Positions 29,410 through 37,014 of a stretch of 64,000 nucleotides of DNA are shown piece after piece. Origin of the DNA: an uncultured Christensenella sp. (GTDB lineage Bacteria > Bacillota > Clostridia > Christensenellales > UBA1750); contig CAJJNQ010000005.1 in NCBI GenBank assembly GCA_905193155.1, forward strand, positions 6,814-70,813. The letters run 5' to 3'. Numbering within the stretch: position 1 is the first letter of the stretch; the number at the start of each line of letters is the position of its first letter. A model generated the notes under the pieces. That model made no database searches, was not told the DNA's origin, and was given only the letters and a program-made list of their open reading frames with translations. The position numbers and the translations under genes were made by a program.

Positions 29410-30942
29410 TCAGTCGTCGGTCTTATTCATACGCTTTTTCGTGACGAGAACAACACCCGCCCCCACAGCCAGCAGGCCGCCGAGGAGATAGAACACGGTG
29501 GTGCCGACGCCGCCGGTTTCAGGAAGGGTCGAACCGGTTTTGTTTACAATATTTGTACTCAGCGCATCGGAGGCCACAGCCGTGCCGACCATAACCGTCA
29601 CGCTCGTGTAATCGGAGCCATCCTCCACATAGGAAGCGGAGATCTTGAACTGTACAGGCTCGGACAGCAGATTATAGCCACCGGGCGCTTTTGTCTCATA
29701 CAAATAGTAATCAATGGTATCGTCCAGTCCCTTGATAACGGGATCGCCTGCCTCGATCACATAAACAACGTTCGCATCGCCGTCCATTGCAACGCGGTAT
29801 ACGCCATTGGCGGCCTTCACCATGCCGATAAGCCCCGTGGTAACAGCAGGAATGCCTTCATCATTGCAGTTCATATCCGCAACCTTGAGTGCGCCGTTTT
29901 TAGACAGGGCAAGCTTTGCGCCGGTCAACGCTTTGCCGGTTTCGTCCACCTTGTTGACGCCCATCTTGAACGTCCAGTCATAGACCTTCTTTTCAGGGGT
30001 CTTTCCTTTCTCGGTGTCAACATTGGGATTGTTGCTGTATTCAAGATAAGCCGCGTTTTCCTGCTTTCCCTCGTCATACGCCTTGGCGTCAGCATTCAGC
30101 ACACCGGTATAGTAAGTAAAAAGCTCATTGTCATGGGCCATCTTTCCATCCTGAATCGCCTTGAGAATATCGACCCGGACGGAAAAGCTATTGCCGTTTG
30201 CGGTTACGGTGTAATACTCGGCAGGGAGCACAGTTGCATCGTTGACCTTGATCGTGACATCTGCGCTGGTCTTGACATTGGAAGTCAGTCCGGCAGACAT
30301 GGTATCGTGGATGATATAGTCGTATTTTGTGTAACCCGATGTATTGGGAACCTTGGTGATAGTGCGGAACTCAACGGTGTCTCCGATCTGGTTGTCGCCC
30401 ACAACACCCCATTCGCCGTTTTCATTATGCTTGATCTGCTTATTCAGTGTCGGCTTATCGCCCTTCGGAGCTGCGATCACGTTTCCGACAACCTTCATCA
30501 AATAGGCTGTATAGAAATCGTCTGCACCGGTGAGGGTATTGTCACTATCCTTGACCAGATAGTAACCGGGATTCAGATTGGTAATCGTATAGATACCGGC
30601 TCCGGCAGTGCTCACAGAGGGATTGGTCAGATATGACGCAACCGCCTTAGCAAAGGCACGCGCATCTTCCTCCGTGGTCAGGCTTTTTGCCTTTTCAGCT
30701 GCATTACCGAGCGCTGTCTGTCCTTCCGCCGTGATCCCGCTGCCCCACACAATGTCGGTAAGCACGGTCTTTCCCTCAACGGTCTGAAGGTCGCCCGCAA
30801 AGATCTGGTATGCCTGATAGGTATGGCCGGTCGATGAATTGGTGATGGTGATGGTGTACGATTCTCCCGCCGCAAGCGCGGATACGCCCAGTGCAAGCAC
30901 CAGCGCAAGCGTCAGCAGGAAAGCCAAAGCTCGTTTTATCAT
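29410..30942 (-). CDS. Major (backbone) pilin, SpaA/isopeptide-type, LPETG sorting signal
   Basis: 510 aa. Signal peptide, N-terminal TGHTYQAYQIFAGDL, E-box-like YYLYETKAPGGYNLL, C-terminal LPETGGVGTT, then TM, then KKRMNK. Confidence 0.85.
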   Translation of the reverse strand: MIKRALAFLLTLALVLALGVSALAAGESYTITITNSSTGHTYQAYQIFAGDLQTVEGKTVLTDIVWGSGITAEGQTALGNAAEKAKSLTTEEDARAFAKAVASYLTNPSVSTAGAGIYTITNLNPGYYLVKDSDNTLTGADDFYTAYLMKVVGNVIAAPKGDKPTLNKQIKHNENGEWGVVGDNQIGDTVEFRTITKVPNTSGYTKYDYIIHDTMSAGLTSNVKTSADVTIKVNDATVLPAEYYTVTANGNSFSVRVDILKAIQDGKMAHDNELFTYYTGVLNADAKAYDEGKQENAAYLEYSNNPNVDTEKGKTPEKKVYDWTFKMGVNKVDETGKALTGAKLALSKNGALKVADMNCNDEGIPAVTTGLIGMVKAANGVYRVAMDGDANVVYVIEAGDPVIKGLDDTIDYYLYETKAPGGYNLLSEPVQFKISASYVEDGSDYTSVTVMVGTAVASDALSTNIVNKTGSTLPETGGVGTTVFYLLGGLLAVGAGVVLVTKKRMNKTDD

Positions 30943-31008
30943 GGAACCTCTCCTTTTATCCTGTTTTTTGTAAATGAGTTGTCGGCATGCGCAAACCGAT
31001 TCAGGAGG

Positions 31009-34000
31009 CTACATCGTCCTCCTTTCCCCTTTGCGCCTCCGGCTGCATCCCAGTAGGAAGCCTGCCGCCAGCATGAGCGCACCGCTCAACGTGAACAAAG
31101 CGCTTCCCGGTCCGCCCGTTTCAGGGAGAACGTAATCCGACTGGATGCGGGTGTTCGTGATGATAAAAATATTTCCTTCGCGCTCGATATTCACCTCAAA
31201 GTCTTGAATCGGGATCTCTTCAACGGAGTAGTCATATGTCACCGTCTGACCCTCCGTATTCTCGCCGGTCAGCGGCAAATCCGTAAGCGTTTGCTCCCAT
31301 CCGTTTTCCGCCGAGAGCATCAGCTTGCCATAGACCGTCTTGGCGTTTTCGTTCCCATCCGGGATCTGATAGATACTGATCTCGATGCTGGGCACCGTTA
31401 TCTCCATCAGGTCTGAGCCGTCCTTCGCTTTCCAGAGCTTTTTAACGATCACAGAGATGCCGTCTCCCTCGGATTTGTCATTGGAGATCTGGATATGTCC
31501 CCCATTTTCTATGCTTCGTCCGTTAAAGTCATCCGGATGAGCGTACGGAGGCTTCTGGTCCTTATCCTCCATCCAGAAGAAGACCGGATCGCTCTTCAGA
31601 ACATAGTGTGTCGGCGCTTTTGTTTCAACCAACTTATACGCCACGTTCGGCTCCAGCGAAGTCAGCTTGATGGTTCCATCGGAATCCGTCGTCCACGGAT
31701 CCGCTGTATGCACCTTTTCCCAGTCCGTCCCCTCCCACTTGAAGAGATCAAACTCTGCTCCCGGCAGCACGACTCCCACGTTGCCCGTTTCGACCTTCTG
31801 TACGAAGATATGGCGCTCATCGGGTTCCGGCTCGTCGCCCGGGTCTTGAGGTTCGGTGATTTTTCCGAGGAAATCCGTTCGGTGGGACTCGGCGTTTACA
31901 TTTACACGGTCCGCTACGACGGTTCCGTTCAGATTTTGCCCGATATTGACGGTTGCTCCGGGCGCAATCACCGCGCCCGTCATCAGGTGGGTATGGATCG
32001 TGACGCCGCCGGCGTTCACAAAATTCCAAATCACCTTGCCCGCATAGAATTCCGTCACCTCGCCGACCCCTTGCTCCTGACCGTCAATGACGACCCTTGC
32101 CTGCGGAAGGTAGACCTGCGAAACGCCTGCGCAGTCCACATTGATGATGACCGTCCCGTTGTGGCCGGACCGAAAGCCGTCGATTTGCAATTTTCCGCCA
32201 AATTTTGACGCAAGCTCAGATGCACGGATCGACTCAACCCCTACGTCAGACGGCCTGCGCAGGATCAGCTTGCTGTGATCCGCCTGCAATTCCGATGCGG
32301 ATTTGAAGTCCAGATTTGCTTCGCGGAAGCCGCTCAATCTGGCCGAGATCCGCTCGATCTCTCTCCTTACGCGGTTCAGATCGATGAACGGGTCTTGCTC
32401 AGTATTCCTATCCTGAACCAAATGGCGCGGTCTGCTGATTTTTGTGCCGTTGATTGAAAACGCATTTCCATTGTCTGTAAAATCAACCGTATTCCCGCTG
32501 CCGATGGCCAGCACATGATCATTCCCGGAGGCGCTGTCGGGATGAACCTGAGCATATTCCTGAATATAGCTCAACTCATGAGGATACTGATTCGTACCGA
32601 AGTTGCTTCGGGCAAACAGTTTTTTAGCCAGCACATTGCCGTTCGTATGGGTAGACAGCGTCGCCGTGTCGAACGCAACAATATGGAAGCTGCCTGCCGT
32701 CCCGAGAGGGCTGTTGGAATTGTAGTATCTGGAATACTCCGGGTCGCGCAGAAAGCGATCCTTGACGTCGTTATACTGAAGATCGTAATTTCCGGCAATC
32801 AGTTTGTCCGGAGTCCCTAAGCGCACAAACAGAAACTCCGTGCTGTGGGGGAAGGAATCGTCGGACACCGTCAGGGAAGTCACATTTCCATCTCCATCAA
32901 GGACAGGACGATATTCCTTCGGCTCCGTAGGCTCGCTTTGGGGATTTCTGCAATAGTAGAACTTCAGCTCATCCTCAGGCTCCACATGGGCAAACAGCCC
33001 GCTTTGCCAGTTCATGACCAACTCATACTTTCCATACGGGGAAACACTCTGATCGTTGTTATCCTTCCTGACCAGATCGATCTTGTAGATCGCCGTTTTC
33101 TCAATGGTGTGTCCATGAGCCGCAAAGGAGTTCAAAATGTTCTGATAATCCGCCGCATCTTGAATTCTGATCCGGAGGCTGTATTCTTCAGGCGCATATC
33201 CGATATTTTCATCAAGAAGCGTAAGGGACGCCGTCAAACCTGACGACTCATCCGTATAGGTAAAGGTTTTTCCGTTTTTCGTCTCCGGCGGCGCGCTCCT
33301 CATTGCGATGCAGGATTGGTCATGCTTATGTTCCTGAAACTGGCAAAGGAGTGTCCCCTGCGCGTCCCTGCACGCCTCTGTGTGCGTATGTTCCGGCAAT
33401 CCGCATCCAAAGATGACGTTTTTATCTACACAGTCCTCCGTGTGGACGTGCTCCGGGATACTGCAAATCAGGGCATGGCTTTCATCATAGCATTCTTCCT
33501 TGTGGGTGTGTTCGCCCATGCCGCAGTGATACATGATCTCGGGCACTTCTGTAACGTCGTAACACGAGGCGTCATGCCGGTGCTCCTCCTTCCCGCAGAT
33601 CAGAACCTTCTTTTCTTCGGCAGAGTCAAAGCAGGCCTGGCTGTGTTGATGGCAAAGAGTCTGCACCTTTCCGCAGGCAAGGACGCCATTTGTATAGCAA
33701 GCCTCGGTGTGTTCATGCGGAATGGCTTCTCTCTGCGTGCAGATCAGGCTTTGCCGCGTCTTTTTACATTCTTCCGCATGGGTATGAGGCTCCTGCTCTT
33801 CTTTACCGCAGACGAGGGAAATTTCTTCGGTATAACAGTCCGCGCCATGCGTGTGCTCCTCGCTTTCCTCCAAGCCGCAGCTCAGCACCTGTTTTTGCTC
33901 ATAGCACTGTTCCGAATGCCGGTGTCCTTCGCTTTCCTCAAGACCGCAAACAAACTCCGTTTCCTCTGCATAACAAGAATCCGTATGCGCATGCTCCGGG

Positions 34001-34374
34001 ATCTCCGGCAAGGTGCAGATCAGATCCCCGTCTGAGGAAAAGCAGTTGGCGTCATGCTTGTGGATCACAAAGTCCGAATATCCGCAAATCAGGCTTCCAT
34101 CTGCACCATAGCACGCATCGCTATGGCTGTGCACCGGCTGCTCGCAGTGCAGACCCGAAGCCCCCATCTGCGTCTCATAACAGGATTCATCATGAGCATG
34201 AACTTCTTTCCCGCAGCCAGGCGTTTGAGTCAGCGTGAGTGCAGGCAAAATCAAGGCATATGTCGTACAGAATACCACGATGCAGCTCAGAACCGTTACG
34301 ACCTTGCGCCAGCGGTTTCTGCGGGCGCGGACGCGGCGGTAGCCGGTAATCTGCTCCGACAGGCGTTGTCTCAC
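31009..34374 (-). CDS. Pilus tip adhesin candidate: signal/TM, 14 Cys/His repeats, Ig-like region, choice-of-anchor-A-like domain, SpaA-like and CnaB-like domains, LPETG
   Basis: 1121 aa. PLGTAGSFHIVAFDTATLSTHTNGNVLAKKL resembles choice-of-anchor A. LPGAEFDLFKWEG...YKLVETKAPTHYVL is SpaA-like. ISVIVKKLWKAKDG... is CnaB-like. C-terminal VLPETGGPGS, then TM, then RRRKGERR. Confidence 0.85.
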   Translation of the reverse strand: MRQRLSEQITGYRRVRARRNRWRKVVTVLSCIVVFCTTYALILPALTLTQTPGCGKEVHAHDESCYETQMGASGLHCEQPVHSHSDACYGADGSLICGYSDFVIHKHDANCFSSDGDLICTLPEIPEHAHTDSCYAEETEFVCGLEESEGHRHSEQCYEQKQVLSCGLEESEEHTHGADCYTEEISLVCGKEEQEPHTHAEECKKTRQSLICTQREAIPHEHTEACYTNGVLACGKVQTLCHQHSQACFDSAEEKKVLICGKEEHRHDASCYDVTEVPEIMYHCGMGEHTHKEECYDESHALICSIPEHVHTEDCVDKNVIFGCGLPEHTHTEACRDAQGTLLCQFQEHKHDQSCIAMRSAPPETKNGKTFTYTDESSGLTASLTLLDENIGYAPEEYSLRIRIQDAADYQNILNSFAAHGHTIEKTAIYKIDLVRKDNNDQSVSPYGKYELVMNWQSGLFAHVEPEDELKFYYCRNPQSEPTEPKEYRPVLDGDGNVTSLTVSDDSFPHSTEFLFVRLGTPDKLIAGNYDLQYNDVKDRFLRDPEYSRYYNSNSPLGTAGSFHIVAFDTATLSTHTNGNVLAKKLFARSNFGTNQYPHELSYIQEYAQVHPDSASGNDHVLAIGSGNTVDFTDNGNAFSINGTKISRPRHLVQDRNTEQDPFIDLNRVRREIERISARLSGFREANLDFKSASELQADHSKLILRRPSDVGVESIRASELASKFGGKLQIDGFRSGHNGTVIINVDCAGVSQVYLPQARVVIDGQEQGVGEVTEFYAGKVIWNFVNAGGVTIHTHLMTGAVIAPGATVNIGQNLNGTVVADRVNVNAESHRTDFLGKITEPQDPGDEPEPDERHIFVQKVETGNVGVVLPGAEFDLFKWEGTDWEKVHTADPWTTDSDGTIKLTSLEPNVAYKLVETKAPTHYVLKSDPVFFWMEDKDQKPPYAHPDDFNGRSIENGGHIQISNDKSEGDGISVIVKKLWKAKDGSDLMEITVPSIEISIYQIPDGNENAKTVYGKLMLSAENGWEQTLTDLPLTGENTEGQTVTYDYSVEEIPIQDFEVNIEREGNIFIITNTRIQSDYVLPETGGPGSALFTLSGALMLAAGFLLGCSRRRKGERRTM
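33310..34215 (-). repeat. Coding tandem repeat: 14 units of C-x(4-7)-H-x-H-x(3)-C, period about 20-23 aa (residues 54-355 of the tip adhesin)
   Basis: HAHDESC, HSHSDAC, HKHDANC, HAHTDSC, HRHSEQC, HTHGADC, HTHAEEC, HEHTEAC, HQHSQAC, HRHDASC, HTHKEEC, HVHTEDC, HTHTEAC, HKHDQSC. Each is preceded by a Cys 4-7 residues before the first His. 29 Cys in about 300 aa. Confidence 0.9.
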
Positions 34375-34392
34375 TTTGATTTCCCTCCTTTG

Positions 34393-34983
34393 CTATCGAA
34401 TCGGGCCGAAGCTGTGCAATGGCCAGATACAAAAAAGTACTTTGCCGACGATTTGATCTTGCGCGATACAACCTACCGCCGAATTTCTGGAATCAACGGA
34501 GACCGAGCGATTATCCCCCATCAGGAAATAACGGTTATCCGGCACCTGATACGGCAGGTCGATATTGGTCTGTCCCAGCGATTTTTCCGCGAGATAGGGC
34601 TCGTCCAGTTCCTCATTGTTGACAAAAACGTTCCCGTCTTCGTCGATAAAAACCCAATCCGACGCGCCGGCGATGAATCTCTTGATCAGGAGCTTGTTTC
34701 CATGATAAAACGCGGCAATATCTCCCGCCTTAAAGTCATTTGTCTTCAAAGAGATCACAAGCTGGCCATCCTTCAGCGTTGGCGACATCGAGCTGCCATA
34801 AATGCGCAGCACCGGCATCCAGAGCGTCGCAACCAGCACCGCAACCGCTGCAACGACCAGCAGCACCGCAACCGTGCTCTTCAGCGTTTTTCCATAACGC
34901 GCCTTATAGCGCAGGCGATCCCTTTCCCGTTCGATTTGCTCCGCCGTGGGTAGGCTGACAGGTCTTTTATTCCTTCCGCTCAT
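34393..34983 (-). CDS. Signal peptidase I (S26 family), pilus-locus associated
   Basis: 196 aa. TM anchor, GSSMSPTL (Ser box), LIKRFIAG (Lys box), GDNRSVSVDSR. Confidence 0.9.
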   Translation of the reverse strand: MSGRNKRPVSLPTAEQIERERDRLRYKARYGKTLKSTVAVLLVVAAVAVLVATLWMPVLRIYGSSMSPTLKDGQLVISLKTNDFKAGDIAAFYHGNKLLIKRFIAGASDWVFIDEDGNVFVNNEELDEPYLAEKSLGQTNIDLPYQVPDNRYFLMGDNRSVSVDSRNSAVGCIAQDQIVGKVLFCIWPLHSFGPIR

Positions 34984-34986
34984 CTC

Positions 34987-35460
34987 TTATCCGCCTCTTT
35001 TTACAAGCGCTTGCACTTCCGGATGCGCTGCGACAAGCTCATGGACGCGCCTTTCAAAGCGATCCCACTTTTGCTCCATCTGGCGATCCGCCTCGGCGAG
35101 CGTAATCTTCGCCTTTTGTTCCGCATCCCGGACGATCCAGGCTGCCTGGCGCTCCGCCCCTTGCAAGATCGACTGCCGCTGCTTTTCCGCCTGATCCACT
35201 CCGGCTTTCAGTTCCGACGCTGCCGCCTGAAGGGACAGCAGATATTGATCCGCCGCTGCCTGCGCTGCCTCAAAGACGCCGTTTAAGCCCATGGCCGCCT
35301 CCGCGATGGAACCCGCGTTGGAGATATGGATCTCTCTGTCCGCAAGCGCTTTTTCAAGCCGCTTCACCTGAGCAGCAGCCGCCTCGTTTTGCTTTTGCAG
35401 CTCATAGATAATTTCGATCAATTCCACGCGGCTCAGGTGTTGTAGTTCCTTATCCGTCAT
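34987..35460 (-). CDS. Conserved coiled-coil protein of unknown function
   Basis: ORF 34987..35505. I prefer the ATG at 35460 (MTDKELQHLSRVELIEIIYELQKQNE...) with GGAGGA 6 nt upstream. Ala/Gln/Glu-rich heptads. AGSIAEAAMGLNGVFEAAQAAADQYL segment. 3-nt gap to the signal peptidase gene. Confidence 0.65.
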   Translation of the reverse strand: MTDKELQHLSRVELIEIIYELQKQNEAAAAQVKRLEKALADREIHISNAGSIAEAAMGLNGVFEAAQAAADQYLLSLQAAASELKAGVDQAEKQRQSILQGAERQAAWIVRDAEQKAKITLAEADRQMEQKWDRFERRVHELVAAHPEVQALVKRGG

Positions 35461-35661
35461 CAGCTCTCCTCCGGTCATCCTACAGGGGTCTGGAAAAAAT
35501 CCCACGGAAGTCCTTCATCCGGTGCTAAACCGCGCATCTGTTGCAGCAGCAAACAGATAAATGCCATTCCTCCGTAAAGGAAGCATCGCGCGGCTATCCT
35601 CTCTCCTGTTTTACCCCTTCCCCATCGAAGAGGCTTAACTAACAATTAAAGTTGTTTTAAT

Positions 35662-35690
35662 ATTGTATCACATTGATCCATATAAATCAA
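35662..35690 (-). promoter_or_regulatory. Strong sigma-A promoter (extended -10) for the pilus operon
   Basis: Minus strand TTGATT (35690..35685), 17-nt spacer, TGaTACAAT (-10 at 35667..35662). Sits in a tract of about 20% GC. Confidence 0.6.
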
Positions 35691-35835
35691 TAGATTTACG
35701 TTTTTTTGAGATATTTATTTATTTGCATTGCAATAAAACTTAATAAAAGTGAAGTAAAGCTTTTAAAAACATATCTATCATGTCGGATTGAACGCCGAGC
35801 AGAAAGGCTTCCAAATTCCATAAAACGCTTTTTTT

Positions 35836-35882
35836 CGAAAAAAAATCCGCTGCGCCCCGATGATTTCGGGAAGCGCGGCGGA
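35836..35882 (-). terminator. Terminator after the 2-hydroxyacid dehydrogenase gene
   Basis: tccgctgcgc/cccga (35846..35860) pairs with tcggg/gcgcggcgga (35866..35882). tttttttt follows on the minus strand. Confidence 0.8.
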
Positions 35883-35926
35883 ATACTAGTCTGAATCATT
35901 CAAAAAATCATGATCTTTTCATTGTT

Positions 35927-36907
35927 TTACACTTCAAACGGATTTTCCATATTATGTGCGGCATAATAGCAGCCCAGAAGCGAATGATGCACCATATCGT
36001 CCACCGACTGATCGGTATAATACGCCTTATGCGAGGTCAGCACCACATTGTTGAAGCCGCGCAGCAGCGGGATATAGCGGTTGTGGATGACGGTGTTCTT
36101 CCAATCCTTATGGTACAGGCCGACCTCATTTTCCACAACGTCCAGCCCTGCCGCACCGACCTTGCCGCTTTCCAGCGCGTCCAGCAGCGCTTCAGTATCG
36201 ATCAGCGGCCCTCTTGCGGTATTAATGATCACCACGCCATCCTTCATCTGCGCAAAGGCCTCGCGGTTGAGCAAATGGAAATTGTCGTCCGTCAGCGGCA
36301 TATGCAGCGTAATCATATCGCAGTTGCGGTAGATTTCCTCCAAGGAGACATACTGCGCGTACTGCTTGACCTCGTCGTTCTGATAGAGGTCATAGGCGTA
36401 GAGCTTACAGCCGAAGCCGCTCAGGTCGCGAATCACCGTGCGGCCGATCTTGCCGGTGCCCAGCACGCCCACGGTCATGTTGCGCATCTCTTTGCCCTGA
36501 ATGCCGGGAAGCGTGAAATCGTTCATCTCGTTGCGGCGGATGATCTGGCGCATCCTGCGAATGCTCATCAGCATCAGCATCACGGCGTAGTCCGCCACGC
36601 AGGCGGAGCTATACGGCGCATAGGTCACGGTCATGCCCAGCTCCTTGGCGCGCTTAACGTCTACATGGTCGGTACCAATCAGCCGGTTGGATATCACCTT
36701 CACGCCCATGGACGCAAACTTTTCGACCAGCTGCGCGTCCACACGGGTGAGCAGGATGGAGATGTATTCGTATCCCCTTGCCAACTCCGCCGTCTCCAAG
36801 GTGGGATCCTTTTCGGTATATCCCAACTCGATGCCCAGCTCTTTGCAATACTTTTCAAAAAAAGGCTCCTCGTCAAAATGCCTGTAAGAATAGGCAAAAA
36901 CCTTCAT
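35927..36907 (-). CDS. D-isomer-specific 2-hydroxyacid dehydrogenase (D-lactate dehydrogenase-like)
   Basis: ORF 35927..36949. ATG at 36907 (MKVFAYSYRHFDE) with GGGGGAGG upstream. NAD fold VGVLGTGKIGRTV. Catalytic-region RGPLID and HKAYYT. Confidence 0.85.
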   Translation of the reverse strand: MKVFAYSYRHFDEEPFFEKYCKELGIELGYTEKDPTLETAELARGYEYISILLTRVDAQLVEKFASMGVKVISNRLIGTDHVDVKRAKELGMTVTYAPYSSACVADYAVMLMLMSIRRMRQIIRRNEMNDFTLPGIQGKEMRNMTVGVLGTGKIGRTVIRDLSGFGCKLYAYDLYQNDEVKQYAQYVSLEEIYRNCDMITLHMPLTDDNFHLLNREAFAQMKDGVVIINTARGPLIDTEALLDALESGKVGAAGLDVVENEVGLYHKDWKNTVIHNRYIPLLRGFNNVVLTSHKAYYTDQSVDDMVHHSLLGCYYAAHNMENPFEV

Positions 36908-36956
36908 ATCAGTCGGTCCTCCCCCGGTAAGATGGTTATAGTATAACACCCAATTG

Positions 36957-36996
36957 TTAAAAAGAAACAGCGCGGCGAAAAACTCGCTGCGCTGTT
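36957..36996 (-). terminator. Terminator after the GH27 / small zinc-ribbon gene pair
   Basis: aacagcgc (36966..36973) pairs with gcgctgtt (36989..36996). tctttttaac follows on the minus strand. Confidence 0.65.
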
Positions 36997-37014
36997 GCGC
37001 CAGATGGAATGCTT

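Larger units (their letters stand above)
26481..35690 (-). other. Lower-GC accessory segment: sortase-dependent pilus gene cluster (7 genes, one promoter, one terminator)
   Basis: Hand counts of 60-nt lines give 43% GC (30001), 45% (33001), 53% (28001) and 20% (35701), against 62-63% in flanking core lines (13001, 45001). No integrase or transposase seen. Confidence 0.7.

Noticed and set aside
35475-35567. 30-codon sORF (MAFICLLLQQMRGLAPDEGLPWDFFQTPVG) in the pilus leader, whose TGA abuts the RBS of the next gene. Considered as a leader peptide
   Set aside because: The only Shine-Dalgarno-like sequence (GGAGG) ends 1 nt before its ATG, which is too close for canonical initiation. The peptide has no informative codon pattern. 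Kept only as a caveat within the leader finding.
35461-35655. c-di-GMP riboswitch (class I or II) upstream of the pilus/adhesin operon, as known for some clostridial surface proteins
   Set aside because: I looked for the conserved GEMM-type elements as I remember them (GCAAA tetraloop-receptor context, ACGCAAAGC-like core) and did not find them. This cannot be excluded without a covariance-model scan.
26481-35690. Calling the pilus segment a mobile element (ICE, transposon or prophage remnant)
   Set aside because: No integrase, transposase, recombinase, relaxase or inverted/direct terminal repeats could be seen. I annotated it as a compositionally distinct island only.
35696-35899. Two overlapping 62-67-aa ORFs on opposite strands in the AT-rich tract upstream of the pilus operon
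   Set aside because: They are artefacts of a stop-poor stretch of about 20-30% GC. They overlap a promoter and a terminator and have no RBS.
35506-35926. The missing 5' end of oppB (about 30 codons, MLKYI...-type TM1) relocated to the far side of the island, which would prove a simple insertion
   Set aside because: Minus-strand translation of this flank shows no hydrophobic OppB-like N-terminus. The truncation therefore involved deletion, or the far boundary lies elsewhere.
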